Source: a virus (Duplodnaviria > Caudoviricetes). Taken from it: DNA of 28,450 bases. How positions within the stretch are numbered: the stretch's first letter is position 1; each line of letters opens with the position of its first letter. Where the stretch lies: the IMG/VR virus record IMGVR_UViG_3300032116_001031, positions 1 to 28,450 of that record; one strand, written 5' to 3'. The notes beneath the pieces are model-generated. The model did not search any database. It was not told the origin of the DNA and saw nothing but the letters and a program-made list of their open reading frames with translations. Shown piece after piece: positions 1 through 7,626 of this stretch. The translations under genes were made by a program, and so were the position numbers.

Positions 1-43
1 ATAAACGCGGGTGCGTGCTTTGTAGGATTGGAGCCGCCCTACC

Positions 44-1258
44 CTAGCGGGTTGCGCGTCGCTGCGCTCTGTTCAGTGGTTGCCCCGGCGCAGGGCGCTT
101 CTTGCGCGCGGTCATCCTCTCCACGAGTGGCAGCCAGGACTCCGCAAACACGAGGTCAGCGTCATAGCGCGCCATCGACTGAGCCACGGCAGCGCGGTCA
201 ATCCCTCCGCCTCGTGACTCCTCATACACCTCCTGCATAGCGGCATAGCCTGCCTCCGTGTTGGCAATGGCAAAGTATGACCCCTGGTATTCATCCCAGA
301 CGCGCTGCGCTTTGACCTTGCGCCCGTGTGGGCCCAATAGTTCAGGCTGGGCGCTGAAGTCAGTCACGATGGCTGGGACTCCGCACGACTGCGCCTCCAC
401 TACGGGAATGCCAAACCCTTCGCCCATTGAAAGCAGTAGCGTGGCGTCAGCGGCGGAATACATCTGGGCAATGGCGTCCTGCGGGATGCCGTTGCGAAAG
501 TGGACCGGGTGTGGGTATCGGACTCGGTGTGGGTCAATCCCTGCCTGCGCCACGAGGCGCGGAATGTTTACGCCCTCACTGTGCCCATTGGGCTCGGTGT
601 GCAGCATCCAGTACACATCCTTGCGGTCAGCCATCAGTGGCGCCATAACATCCACCATCTCACCAAACCCTTTGCGGACTGGAATGCGTCCACGATTGGC
701 GGCATTCGTCACGACAAGGAATGCCTCGTCAGGGATGCCCATTGCCTTGCGTGCATCCTTGCCAGTATCTTGGAACACGCTGCGGTCAATAGCGTGCGGG
801 ATGTACGCCACCTCATCTCTCGGATGCCCAGCCTCCAGCAGCATCTCCTCTCCGAACTTGCTCATCGCAATCGCAAAGTGCCGCCCATCGCTCAGAAACT
901 TGTATACCTGCGGCGGCAGTGGGTTGTGGTCAACGGGAGTCCAGCACGCCAAGTTGAGTTCCCTGAATCCATCCACGCCGTTAAGTGGCCAGAGGTCAAA
1001 GAGCACTACGCCAAACCCCGGCTCATCGTTAATCCAGGCGCGCATTGTTTCTGGCGCAGCGTCAATGCTGTAGCGCAGTAGCCCTTCTGGGAAGATGGGG
1101 TGACCGTGCGCGCAGTTCAGCATCACTTGCGCGCCGTGATTCGCTGCCACTGCAACTTCGTGCCCCGCTCCTACCAATCGATGTACGACTTGCGCCGTCT
1201 GCATCCCATAGCCTGACGGGATGTGGCAAGCGTTGGAATACCAGGCAATGCGACTCAT
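44..1258 (-). CDS. GT-B fold glycosyltransferase, family 4-like
   Basis: Start MSRIAW at 1258 follows a GAGGAGG RBS (the track ORF starting at 1417 overextends). Motifs: N-terminal PSGYG, IPHAID, RKG and the EX7E motif EGFGIPVVEAQSCGVP. Confidence 0.9.
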   Translation of the reverse strand: MSRIAWYSNACHIPSGYGMQTAQVVHRLVGAGHEVAVAANHGAQVMLNCAHGHPIFPEGLLRYSIDAAPETMRAWINDEPGFGVVLFDLWPLNGVDGFRELNLACWTPVDHNPLPPQVYKFLSDGRHFAIAMSKFGEEMLLEAGHPRDEVAYIPHAIDRSVFQDTGKDARKAMGIPDEAFLVVTNAANRGRIPVRKGFGEMVDVMAPLMADRKDVYWMLHTEPNGHSEGVNIPRLVAQAGIDPHRVRYPHPVHFRNGIPQDAIAQMYSAADATLLLSMGEGFGIPVVEAQSCGVPAIVTDFSAQPELLGPHGRKVKAQRVWDEYQGSYFAIANTEAGYAAMQEVYEESRGGGIDRAAVAQSMARYDADLVFAESWLPLVERMTARKKRPAPGQPLNRAQRRATR

Positions 1259-1268
1259 CTGACCCTCC

Positions 1269-1583
1269 TCACTTGTGCTTCGTGCGTCTGCCGTGACACC
1301 TTCTGCATAGTACAGCCAGCCTATGCTCGGGCGCAAGTAGCACTCCGCCTCGGCTGATAGGGTCAAGGTGGTCCACGGTGAGGTCGGCAGTCGTGCCGCA
1401 AATCTCGCACCAGCCACGCTTGCGCCGGAGTTGGGCGCTCAGTTTGCGCCACGCGGTGTCGGCATACGGGCTGACCCCTTTGTTGCGGGAATACTTCGCC
1501 AGCATCTCTGCGCGGTGCGCCTTGCATCGATTGCCCATTGAGGTCAGGGCTCCGCAGTCAATACACGGGCGCTGGAATGTCAC
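1269..1583 (-). CDS. HNH endonuclease (HK97 gp74-like packaging-associated)
   Basis: CxxC motifs, LTVDHLDPISRGG, and LCRRCHGRRT. Position near the genome end is typical of cos phages. Confidence 0.9.
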   Translation of the reverse strand: MTFQRPCIDCGALTSMGNRCKAHRAEMLAKYSRNKGVSPYADTAWRKLSAQLRRKRGWCEICGTTADLTVDHLDPISRGGVLLAPEHRLAVLCRRCHGRRTKHK

Positions 1584-1990
1584 GAGCGTGGGAAGTCTGG
1601 CAACGGAATACTTGGTGCGAGGAGGATGGAGAGGTGGTCCACGAGGCGCTCTGTCTGCATCTCATACTGCCTGTCAAACACTGCCCAGGCGAGTTTGCCC
1701 AGAGGCTCCTCCATCGCCTCTACGGTGTGGTCAAGCCGTGCGGTCAGGAGGTGAAGCATCTCGTGGGTGAGCACCTCTCGCTGCCGCTCAGGAGATTGGG
1801 CCCAAAAGTCGTGGCTGACTCTCAACTCGGCAGTCTTGGCAACTTCGCTCGGGTTGATGTCCGCCCACGCTTCCACATCTGACGCCTCTTGCGCAATGGT
1901 GACGCGCCACTCGGCAACATTCAGCGCGCGCTGGAGGTCGGCAACATACTCCTCAAGTGCCTCCCATTTGGTGCGCTTCTGTGTTGCCAT
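1580..1990 (-). CDS. Putative zinc metallopeptidase-like protein (HEXXH)
   Basis: EVLTHEMLHLL motif with a downstream E (QTERLVD). GAGGAGG RBS. GTGA overlap with the HNH gene. Confidence 0.65.
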   Translation of the reverse strand: MATQKRTKWEALEEYVADLQRALNVAEWRVTIAQEASDVEAWADINPSEVAKTAELRVSHDFWAQSPERQREVLTHEMLHLLTARLDHTVEAMEEPLGKLAWAVFDRQYEMQTERLVDHLSILLAPSIPLPDFPRS

Positions 1991-2008
1991 TGGGCCTCCT
2001 CAATAAGT

Positions 2009-2093
2009 TGGTGGAGCGGGCGGGGAGTCGCACCCCGCGTTTGCGGTGCTCAGGCTGTGCCTATGTTGAGCCATCCGCCATCTGCGCCGCCCC
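2009..2093 (-). ncRNA. tRNA-Ala-like / tmRNA tRNA-like-domain mimic RNA (85 nt, encoded CCA)
   Basis: Minus strand reads GGGGCGG...GCGGGG TGCGACT CCCCGC CCGCTCC A CCA. This gives a 7-bp acceptor stem with G3-U70, discriminator A, CCA, and a T-arm with a 7-nt loop. It is intergenic, with a TACACT -10-like box at 2099-2104. Confidence 0.75.
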
Positions 2094-2106
2094 AGGAGAG
2101 TGTAGT

Positions 2107-2137
2107 GCTGGCTGATGGGAGGACACCACCAGCCAGC
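2107..2137 (-). terminator. Hairpin after the 2142 stop codon, just upstream of the tRNA-like RNA
   Basis: GCTGGCTG / CAGCCAGC 8-bp inverted repeat extended by TGG/CCA. No strong U-tract. Confidence 0.4.
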
Positions 2138-2141
2138 GTAG

Positions 2142-2531
2142 TCATCGCGCATCGTCTGCCGAGAGTGGCAGGCGTCGTGCTGCGCTTGGGCTCAGTTCTA
2201 GTGGGCTCACGCCACGGAGCGGGCAGATAGCGTCTGGGCATAGGGCTGGCTCATCCTCGGAGCCGCCGCCCGTACACACGCGGCACATCTCGTCAATGGC
2301 GTACCTGTAGATGCGAATCTCTTGACGAATGCCGCCCGTGATGCTCTCCGTGCCGATGGCTTTGAGTTTCACCCATTCGATGTCCTCCAGGGATGGCAAC
2401 ACTCCGCCAAAGTAGCGCTCTCGCATCCAGTGCACCGTGCGCCCGTGGTCAGGCATCAGGGAGAACAACTTGTTTGGCTTGATGCTTAGTGTTGACGCCC
2501 ATACACGAGTCGCTGCACGAAACTCGTCCAC
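2142..2531 (-). CDS. Hypothetical protein with C-terminal Cys cluster (start uncertain)
   Basis: CRVC...CPDAICPL zinc-finger-like end. The first plausible start not buried deep in the upstream gene is GTG at 2531. Confidence 0.55.
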   Translation of the reverse strand: MDEFRAATRVWASTLSIKPNKLFSLMPDHGRTVHWMRERYFGGVLPSLEDIEWVKLKAIGTESITGGIRQEIRIYRYAIDEMCRVCTGGGSEDEPALCPDAICPLRGVSPLELSPSAARRLPLSADDAR

Positions 2532-2917
2532 GATGGTTTGCGTGTCGGCATCTCGCTGATGACCACCCGCACCACGCCGTGATGCAAAGGCGCGAGGTCC
2601 ACCATTGCGTGTGGACTTATGTCGATTGCCCTGCTCTTGTTTGTCCATACCCTCCTCAAGTCTTTGGCGCATCTGCCGCACCAATCCACTACCTGTACCA
2701 CCGTGCACCGAGCCCGGTCATCTGCTCTGCAGACTCGCAGTGTATAGGGTTTGTCACCCCAGCGCCAGGAGCCCACTGCCGCATAGTGCGTGATGCCCTG
2801 CCTCGTGTACCACGAGGACTGCCCGTTGCGCTCTGCGTCATACCACGATGCGACACCCACCTCTGGCACTCCTGACGGTGTAAGCGTCAATGCGAGTGCG
2901 AGGAGGAGCGCCATCAT
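2486..2917 (-). CDS. Secreted double-psi beta-barrel protein (RlpA/expansin/barwin-like), possible lytic transglycosylase
   Basis: Hydrophobic N-terminus, GVASWYD, VQVVDWCGRC, RAIDISPHAM, GVVRVVI. Confidence 0.8.
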   Translation of the reverse strand: MMALLLALALTLTPSGVPEVGVASWYDAERNGQSSWYTRQGITHYAAVGSWRWGDKPYTLRVCRADDRARCTVVQVVDWCGRCAKDLRRVWTNKSRAIDISPHAMVDLAPLHHGVVRVVISEMPTRKPSWTSFVQRLVYGRQH

Positions 2918-3285
2918 TCTCTTGGAGCCTCCTTGCCGAACCAGGCAATGAAGTCATCCAGGTCAAGCACAATCATCGTCCTGCGCCTGCCTCCTGCTCC
3001 TGGTGAATCGCCAACCACAAGCGCTGCTAACTGGTCACCCTTGACGGGAATAGTTCGCAGCCACGAGTCCAGGCGCTCAGGGTATGACTTGCCTACCTTG
3101 CACTGAATCGCAATCCAGTCGTTAGCAACATCTTGCTTGCCACCAAACTGCCCCACGCGTTGGGCCCCAATACGCTTTGCGACTTCGCGCTCAAATGCGT
3201 TGCCACGAGCGCGCGCATTCTTGCCGCGCCTGCTCTTAGCGGGGTCAATCATCTGGCGCGTTGCCTCATCCTTGAAGTGCCCCAT
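2914..3285 (-). CDS. PD-(D/E)XK nuclease, putative Holliday junction resolvase (Hjc-like)
   Basis: RGNAFEREVAK...QDV...IQCK pattern. Confidence 0.75.
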   Translation of the reverse strand: MGHFKDEATRQMIDPAKSRRGKNARARGNAFEREVAKRIGAQRVGQFGGKQDVANDWIAIQCKVGKSYPERLDSWLRTIPVKGDQLAALVVGDSPGAGGRRRTMIVLDLDDFIAWFGKEAPRE

Positions 3286-3572
3286 CAGATGAGCCTTGCC
3301 AGGATTGCCGTGCCGCCGTCGCTCAGGGTGAACCTACTCTGCTGCAACTCCATCACGCCGTGTTTCACGAGGTCGGCATTGGTCTTGCGATTGCCGATGC
3401 CCTCATACAAGAAAAACCAGCCGTCAGGCGCAACGGCATCCGCGTAGCGCTGCGAGAGAATGCACCACGCGCGGCCACTTGAACCGGGCTCCTCACACCA
3501 CGCATCAGCGCCGTCCTGTACGGCAATGACGCGGTCATCCAGGAATGGTGCTGGGCGCTCGATGCGACTCAC
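3285..3572 (-). CDS. Hypothetical protein
   Basis: GTG start at 3572 overlaps the upstream TGA (GTGA). The stop overlaps the next ATG. Confidence 0.65.
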   Translation of the reverse strand: MSRIERPAPFLDDRVIAVQDGADAWCEEPGSSGRAWCILSQRYADAVAPDGWFFLYEGIGNRKTNADLVKHGVMELQQSRFTLSDGGTAILARLI

Positions 3573-3754
3573 TTGACACACCCTCGGTGATACCAGCACC
3601 ACCGCGTCTGGCGTCGCGTGCCCGCATAGGCAATCGTCTTGACGCGCCAGGCATCTCGCAGGGCGCTGAGCGTTCCTCCGCAGGAGTCGCACTGTGTTGC
3701 CGTGAACACTGGCTCTCTCCTGGGCCCACCGCGCTGTGTTTTTACTGCTGCCAT
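3569..3754 (-). CDS. Small zinc-binding hypothetical protein
   Basis: CDSC ... HRGC motifs. GGAG RBS. Confidence 0.6.
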   Translation of the reverse strand: MAAVKTQRGGPRREPVFTATQCDSCGGTLSALRDAWRVKTIAYAGTRRQTRWCWYHRGCVK

Positions 3755-3924
3755 AAGGTGCTCCTTGTTATCCAGACGATGGTGGCAAGCGCCAGCATCA
3801 GGTATAGCGTACCCGCTGTGGCGCTGCCGCGTCGTGACGCCTCAGGCAGCGACACCGCTACCAGGAGCGCCATCACGAGGTGCGCCGCTGCAATCACGAC
3901 GCCAATGCTATCCCAGCCGCTCAT
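3742..3924 (-). CDS. Small two-helix membrane protein
   Basis: MSGWDSIG start at 3924 with ATGA overlap. Two hydrophobic stretches. Confidence 0.65.
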   Translation of the reverse strand: MSGWDSIGVVIAAAHLVMALLVAVSLPEASRRGSATAGTLYLMLALATIVWITRSTLWQQ

Positions 3925-4133
3925 CCGCGCACCTGCCCGAGAATAATTGCCAAGCGCTCGCAGGCAAGTTCCACCGCCTTGTCGGTTGTCCCAGCCGTGA
4001 ATGTCAACTCCTCTCCCATAGAATCCTCCAGCACCACCGTGAATCCTTGCGGGCTCCATAGCACGCTGTCGTACCTGTAGCCGAGCATTGCCGCTAGTGT
4101 GCCGAGATTCTCCAGCGTGTATTCGCCAGTCAT
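3921..4133 (-). CDS. Hypothetical protein
   Basis: GAGGAG RBS. ATGA coupling at both ends. Confidence 0.65.
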   Translation of the reverse strand: MTGEYTLENLGTLAAMLGYRYDSVLWSPQGFTVVLEDSMGEELTFTAGTTDKAVELACERLAIILGQVRG

Positions 4134-4690
4134 AGGCTCTCCTCGTCAATCCGGTCCACGAGTTGCCAGAATGCGCGCTCTGCCGTCAGGTCAGTCGTGT
4201 CAATCTGGATGTCGAATGGCGCTGCCTTCCAAGCCTGCTCCGTGATGTCGTGCGTTGCAACGAGGCCACCGATGCGTTGCGCCCTGACCTCTGCCGAGGC
4301 GTGGACGCGCACCAGGAGGAGTTGCGGGTCAGCAGACTTCAGATACTCCGCCTCACGAGGCAGTCGCACATCGTCAATGACCACGCTGTACCCCATCTTG
4401 GTCAGGTCAAAGTAGTCGCGCCTCCAGACGCGCAGCCAGAAGTCGTTGTCAACCTCTCGGAGCGCTGCGCCAACATCCTGAAACAACTCACGCCCTGTTA
4501 GCGGGGTTGCGCCCGAATAGCGCTGCACCGTCAGTGCCTCACGCTTGCCGAGGCTAGGATAGGCAAGGCGGGTCACCTCCTTGATGGCGTCTGCAATCCC
4601 GTGTCGCTGGTATCCGCGGAACTCCACCAACTGTTCCGCCAGGGTGGTCTTGCCCGAGCCCTGGGGCCCAATGAGTGCCACGCTACGCAT
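4130..4690 (-). CDS. Deoxynucleoside monophosphate kinase (T4 gp1-like P-loop kinase)
   Basis: Start MRSVALIG at 4690. Walker A GPQGSGKT, then IADAIK, RELFQDVG, VVIDDVR, HDITE. Confidence 0.85.
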   Translation of the reverse strand: MRSVALIGPQGSGKTTLAEQLVEFRGYQRHGIADAIKEVTRLAYPSLGKREALTVQRYSGATPLTGRELFQDVGAALREVDNDFWLRVWRRDYFDLTKMGYSVVIDDVRLPREAEYLKSADPQLLLVRVHASAEVRAQRIGGLVATHDITEQAWKAAPFDIQIDTTDLTAERAFWQLVDRIDEESL

Positions 4691-5066
4691 AGTTGTTCTC
4701 CTCATACCAGGCGCGGACAAATGCCCGCAGTTCGTCCAGTGTATCTCCCACCTTCCGAGCCGTGTCAACCCCATCCTCCGCCCAGCCCATAATCTGCCTG
4801 ACCTCATAGACACGAGTGCCGTGTTCGTCCTGCTCTCCCGTCACGAGGAGCACCGTGAACCCCGGACTCCGCGCCAGGGCTCGGAGGAGAATGCGCTGAC
4901 CCTCCTTGATGCTCTCCTCTGGGCGCTTCCACTCCTGTACAAGAAATGCGTTGCCCCTCTCTGCTATCAAGTCCAAGTTGCTGAAGCCCCACCTCGGGTT
5001 TGATTCGATGAGCCCGTCCAGGTCGGTGGTGTCGATGTGCGGAGCAAACCTGTTCCTCATCGTCAT
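4683..5066 (-). CDS. Hypothetical protein, restriction-endonuclease-like fold
   Basis: SNLDLIAE...LVQEWK resembles a (P)D...EXK core. Confidence 0.5.
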   Translation of the reverse strand: MTMRNRFAPHIDTTDLDGLIESNPRWGFSNLDLIAERGNAFLVQEWKRPEESIKEGQRILLRALARSPGFTVLLVTGEQDEHGTRVYEVRQIMGWAEDGVDTARKVGDTLDELRAFVRAWYEENNYA

Positions 5067-5509
5067 CGGACTCCTCCTCTCAGGATAATCTCGCCAACTC
5101 GCATTGGGCTCTTAGAATAAGTGTCTATCTCTTTCTCTCTCTCTTTCTCTTTCTCTTTCTCGGGGTGTTTCTTTTGCGTTTCATTTGCGTTTCTTTGAGC
5201 CTCTCTGAAGCGTGAAACACGCTGTGCTCGTGTCGGGTCTACTTGATGTTTTGACCAGTTTGCGACAAAAACTGAATCGGAAGTTGCAAGAATCAACTCT
5301 GATTTGACAAGAGTTTGGATGTGCTTGTGGTACTCCTTTGGCAATAGCGCCTTGAGATGCGCCAGGCTCTGGAACTGACCCTGTGGACGCTGCCGCTTGG
5401 CCCGGGTCAGCACCTTGATGTATGTGAGTTGGGCGAGTTTCGGCAGGACTGCCACCTTGCCGTCCTCATCCCATCCCGTGCTCAACTTAATCCAACTGCC
5501 GTTGCTCAT
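5063..5509 (-). CDS. Putative phage replication initiator / replisome organiser-like protein
   Basis: N-terminal WIKL...DGKV, then NWSKHQ, RAQRVSRFR and an EKEKEKEREKE linker typical of phage initiators. Lies downstream of the recombination genes. Confidence 0.6.
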   Translation of the reverse strand: MSNGSWIKLSTGWDEDGKVAVLPKLAQLTYIKVLTRAKRQRPQGQFQSLAHLKALLPKEYHKHIQTLVKSELILATSDSVFVANWSKHQVDPTRAQRVSRFREAQRNANETQKKHPEKEKEKEREKEIDTYSKSPMRVGEIILRGGVR

Positions 5510-5668
5510 TTACTCCTCCTCACAGTCATACATTTGTTTGTCGCAGTTCGTGCATTGTGCTACGAAACAGCCCTGCTCGTGTCCTGCTTTCTCGCAATCC
5601 CTCCACTCAAGCAGAGTGTCTGGATGGCATTCCTCCTGCTTGTCATCCTGTTGATTCTGTATTGCCAT
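5510..5668 (-). CDS. 52-aa Cys-rich protein missed by the ORF track
   Basis: AGAGGAGG RBS, then MAIQNQQDDKQEECHPDTLLEWRDCEKAGHEQGCFVAQCTNCDKQMYDCEEE. Its TAA abuts the next ATG. Confidence 0.7.
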   Translation of the reverse strand: MAIQNQQDDKQEECHPDTLLEWRDCEKAGHEQGCFVAQCTNCDKQMYDCEEE

Positions 5669-5702
5669 TTGACCTCCTCTTGTCCCGCTGGTGCGGGTTA
5701 TT

Positions 5703-5732
5703 GGGAGGCGGCAGACTGCGCCACCGCCTCCC
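5703..5732 (-). terminator. GC-rich hairpin after the annealase gene
   Basis: GGGAGGCGG (5703-5711) pairs with CCGCCTCCC (5724-5732). Confidence 0.5.
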
Positions 5733-5750
5733 GTGTGCTAGTGGGCCCAC

Positions 5751-6494
5751 CTAGAATGGCAACTCCTCTAGAGATTCCTCTGGAACCATACGAGGCTTGG
5801 ATGGAGCGGGTGTGCCGCTTTGCGCCGCAACCCACTTGGCGCTTGGCTTGTCCTTGCACCACGAGCCGTCAGGAGCCTTGTGGCTTGCCGCCCAGAATGG
5901 GTTGTATGGCTTGCCCGTAGCCTTGCTGACGCCTCCTGGCTTCAGGCTCCAGGACTCTCCGTGAGAGCACGCCCCTTCGCCTGCCGTATCCGCAAAGAGC
6001 ATTGCTGCCTTGAGCGCCAACTGCGCATCGTCGCTCAGGGTGCTTGCAGAATCCCCTGCAATGGGTGTAGGAGCCACCAGGACGGGCGTTTGACCCTTAT
6101 TGGGTGTCTGAGTACCCCCCTGGCTCTTATCAGGGCTGTATAGGCTCCTGCCCACCCCTATCTGCGCCGCGCACCTGCGGAGCGCGTCCGAGGCTGCGGA
6201 CTTCAGAGGCTCGTCATCCTGGCTGCTGTTGGGATAGCCGAAGTCCTGCCGCATCGTGGTCTTGCCGTCAACCACGATGATGAGGTTGCCGTGTACCACG
6301 CTCCGTGCGGGGTCAGCCACCTTGACCTCAAACTGCCAACCTGCGATGCCGAGGACATCGTCAAGCCGCTGTGCGACTGCCCGTGCGTCTGCGTAGGTGA
6401 ACACGAGTCCACCACGCCCCGGTCGCTGCTTTAAGTCCTTGCCATCGAATGGCGCTGCGAGCGCCTGTGCGGTTGTCTGCTTCTCGGTTGTCAT
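5751..6494 (-). CDS. sak: Rad52/22-family single-strand annealing protein (Sak-like)
   Basis: FTYADARAVAQRLDDVLGIAGW and LKSAASDALRRCAAQIGVGRSLY. C-terminal EELPF (SSB-like tail). Confidence 0.85.
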   Translation of the reverse strand: MTTEKQTTAQALAAPFDGKDLKQRPGRGGLVFTYADARAVAQRLDDVLGIAGWQFEVKVADPARSVVHGNLIIVVDGKTTMRQDFGYPNSSQDDEPLKSAASDALRRCAAQIGVGRSLYSPDKSQGGTQTPNKGQTPVLVAPTPIAGDSASTLSDDAQLALKAAMLFADTAGEGACSHGESWSLKPGGVSKATGKPYNPFWAASHKAPDGSWCKDKPSAKWVAAQSGTPAPSKPRMVPEESLEELPF

Positions 6495-7435
6495 TCTCCG
6501 ATTCCCTCATGCTTAAACTTGAACACCCGCGCACCAGGAGTTTCCTTGGTGTACGCATTTACAATCTCTGCCGCAGGCTTGATTGCCTCCAGCAAGAGTT
6601 TGTAGTCAACTGTCTGGCGTGGCTTGCTCTGCTTCCAGGTTGCTTGCCAGCCGTTGCCAACGATGCCTTGCTTCGCACCGATAGCCTCCTTGAGTCCGAT
6701 TGCCAGATTGTCCACCTCCTGTTCCAGCAGTTTCAGTTCATAACTGCGCTCTGAATACAACGCTGCGAGTCGGTCAATGCTCGCATCTGCTTGGGCCCAT
6801 TCCTCACTCTCCTGCGGAGTGACGAGCGCCAGTGCCTTTGCGTCCTGACCTGTCAGGGGCGGAGGAGTTTCTGACGCGAGCATCTCCATAAACTCCTGCG
6901 CCTTGTTAAACAACTCTGACTGATACTTCCAGTCAGCCTTGACGCGCTCAATGCGGAACACGAGCCCACCGAGGAGCACTGCGATGTCGCACCACGGCGC
7001 GTCCATAATCCACATCTGCCACTGCACCTGCGCCACCACCTCTGGCGGCACTGGATACATTGACCAGCGTGGTGAGGCGCTTGTCTTAATCTCTACGAGC
7101 CCCGGTTCACCTACCACCGTGCGGTCCAGGCTTCCCATCACCCACGGGATTGCCTTCATCCGCACGATGCCGTTTGAGCGCTTAAGTTTGCGCCCTGTTT
7201 CAATCTCATAGAATGTTGCGACTGCATCCTCCAGGATGATGCCCCGTTGGGCCGCTGCGCCCGCTGGCTCTGGCTCATACTTGCCCAACTTCTCTGCCCA
7301 GAGTTGGTATGGAGTCTTGTAGGGGTTGAGCCCTGCAATGACTGATACCTCGGTGGCTGTGATGCCACCCCTGCGCAGTGCGAACCACTCTGGGCTCCGC
7401 TGCGCTGCCTTCACGAACTCGTACTGCTTGCTCAC
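6491..7435 (-). CDS. YqaJ-like viral recombinase / lambda-exonuclease family
   Basis: EWFALRRGGITATE, GIILED, GSLDR, LVEIKT, QVQWQM. Confidence 0.92.
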   Translation of the reverse strand: MSKQYEFVKAAQRSPEWFALRRGGITATEVSVIAGLNPYKTPYQLWAEKLGKYEPEPAGAAAQRGIILEDAVATFYEIETGRKLKRSNGIVRMKAIPWVMGSLDRTVVGEPGLVEIKTSASPRWSMYPVPPEVVAQVQWQMWIMDAPWCDIAVLLGGLVFRIERVKADWKYQSELFNKAQEFMEMLASETPPPLTGQDAKALALVTPQESEEWAQADASIDRLAALYSERSYELKLLEQEVDNLAIGLKEAIGAKQGIVGNGWQATWKQSKPRQTVDYKLLLEAIKPAAEIVNAYTKETPGARVFKFKHEGIGE

Positions 7436-7626
7436 TTGACCTCCTCCTTTGCCTGCTTCAATAACAACCGTGCCTCATCGAGCCTGAAGCCACCCTCTGG
7501 CTTGTAGATGTCCACCAACCTCTGGTAGTGGCGCACCTTGCAAGGTGGGCAGAGTCGCTGCCCGATTTGAGGCTTGACCTCTGACTGCTGCTTTGCCTCG
7601 CAAACGAGGCATTTCCATCGAATCAT
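7432..7626 (-). CDS. Small zinc-finger protein
   Basis: CLVC...CPPC. Coupled overlaps on both sides. Confidence 0.6.
   Translation of the reverse strand: MIRWKCLVCEAKQQSEVKPQIGQRLCPPCKVRHYQRLVDIYKPEGGFRLDEARLLLKQAKEEVK

Noticed and set aside
1259-1417. N-terminal extensions given by the ORF track (also 4691-4813, 11439-11459, 20857-20913, 28343-28423)
   Set aside because: They overlap upstream genes or hairpins. Downstream starts have clear RBSs or stop-start coupling.
2009-2040. attP duplicating a host tmRNA/tRNA 3' end
   Set aside because: No integrase is present, and the matching 5' acceptor strand is also there, so it is a complete fold rather than a 3' fragment. A relic origin cannot be fully excluded.
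2009-2093. Canonical tRNA-Ala or full tmRNA (ssrA)
   Set aside because: It has no D-stem and no 7-nt anticodon loop with an Ala anticodon, and no room for a tag ORF or pseudoknots.
5126-5160. TC-rich microsatellite as iteron or contingency repeat
   Set aside because: It is explained by the EKEKEKEREKE coding linker of the initiator-like protein.
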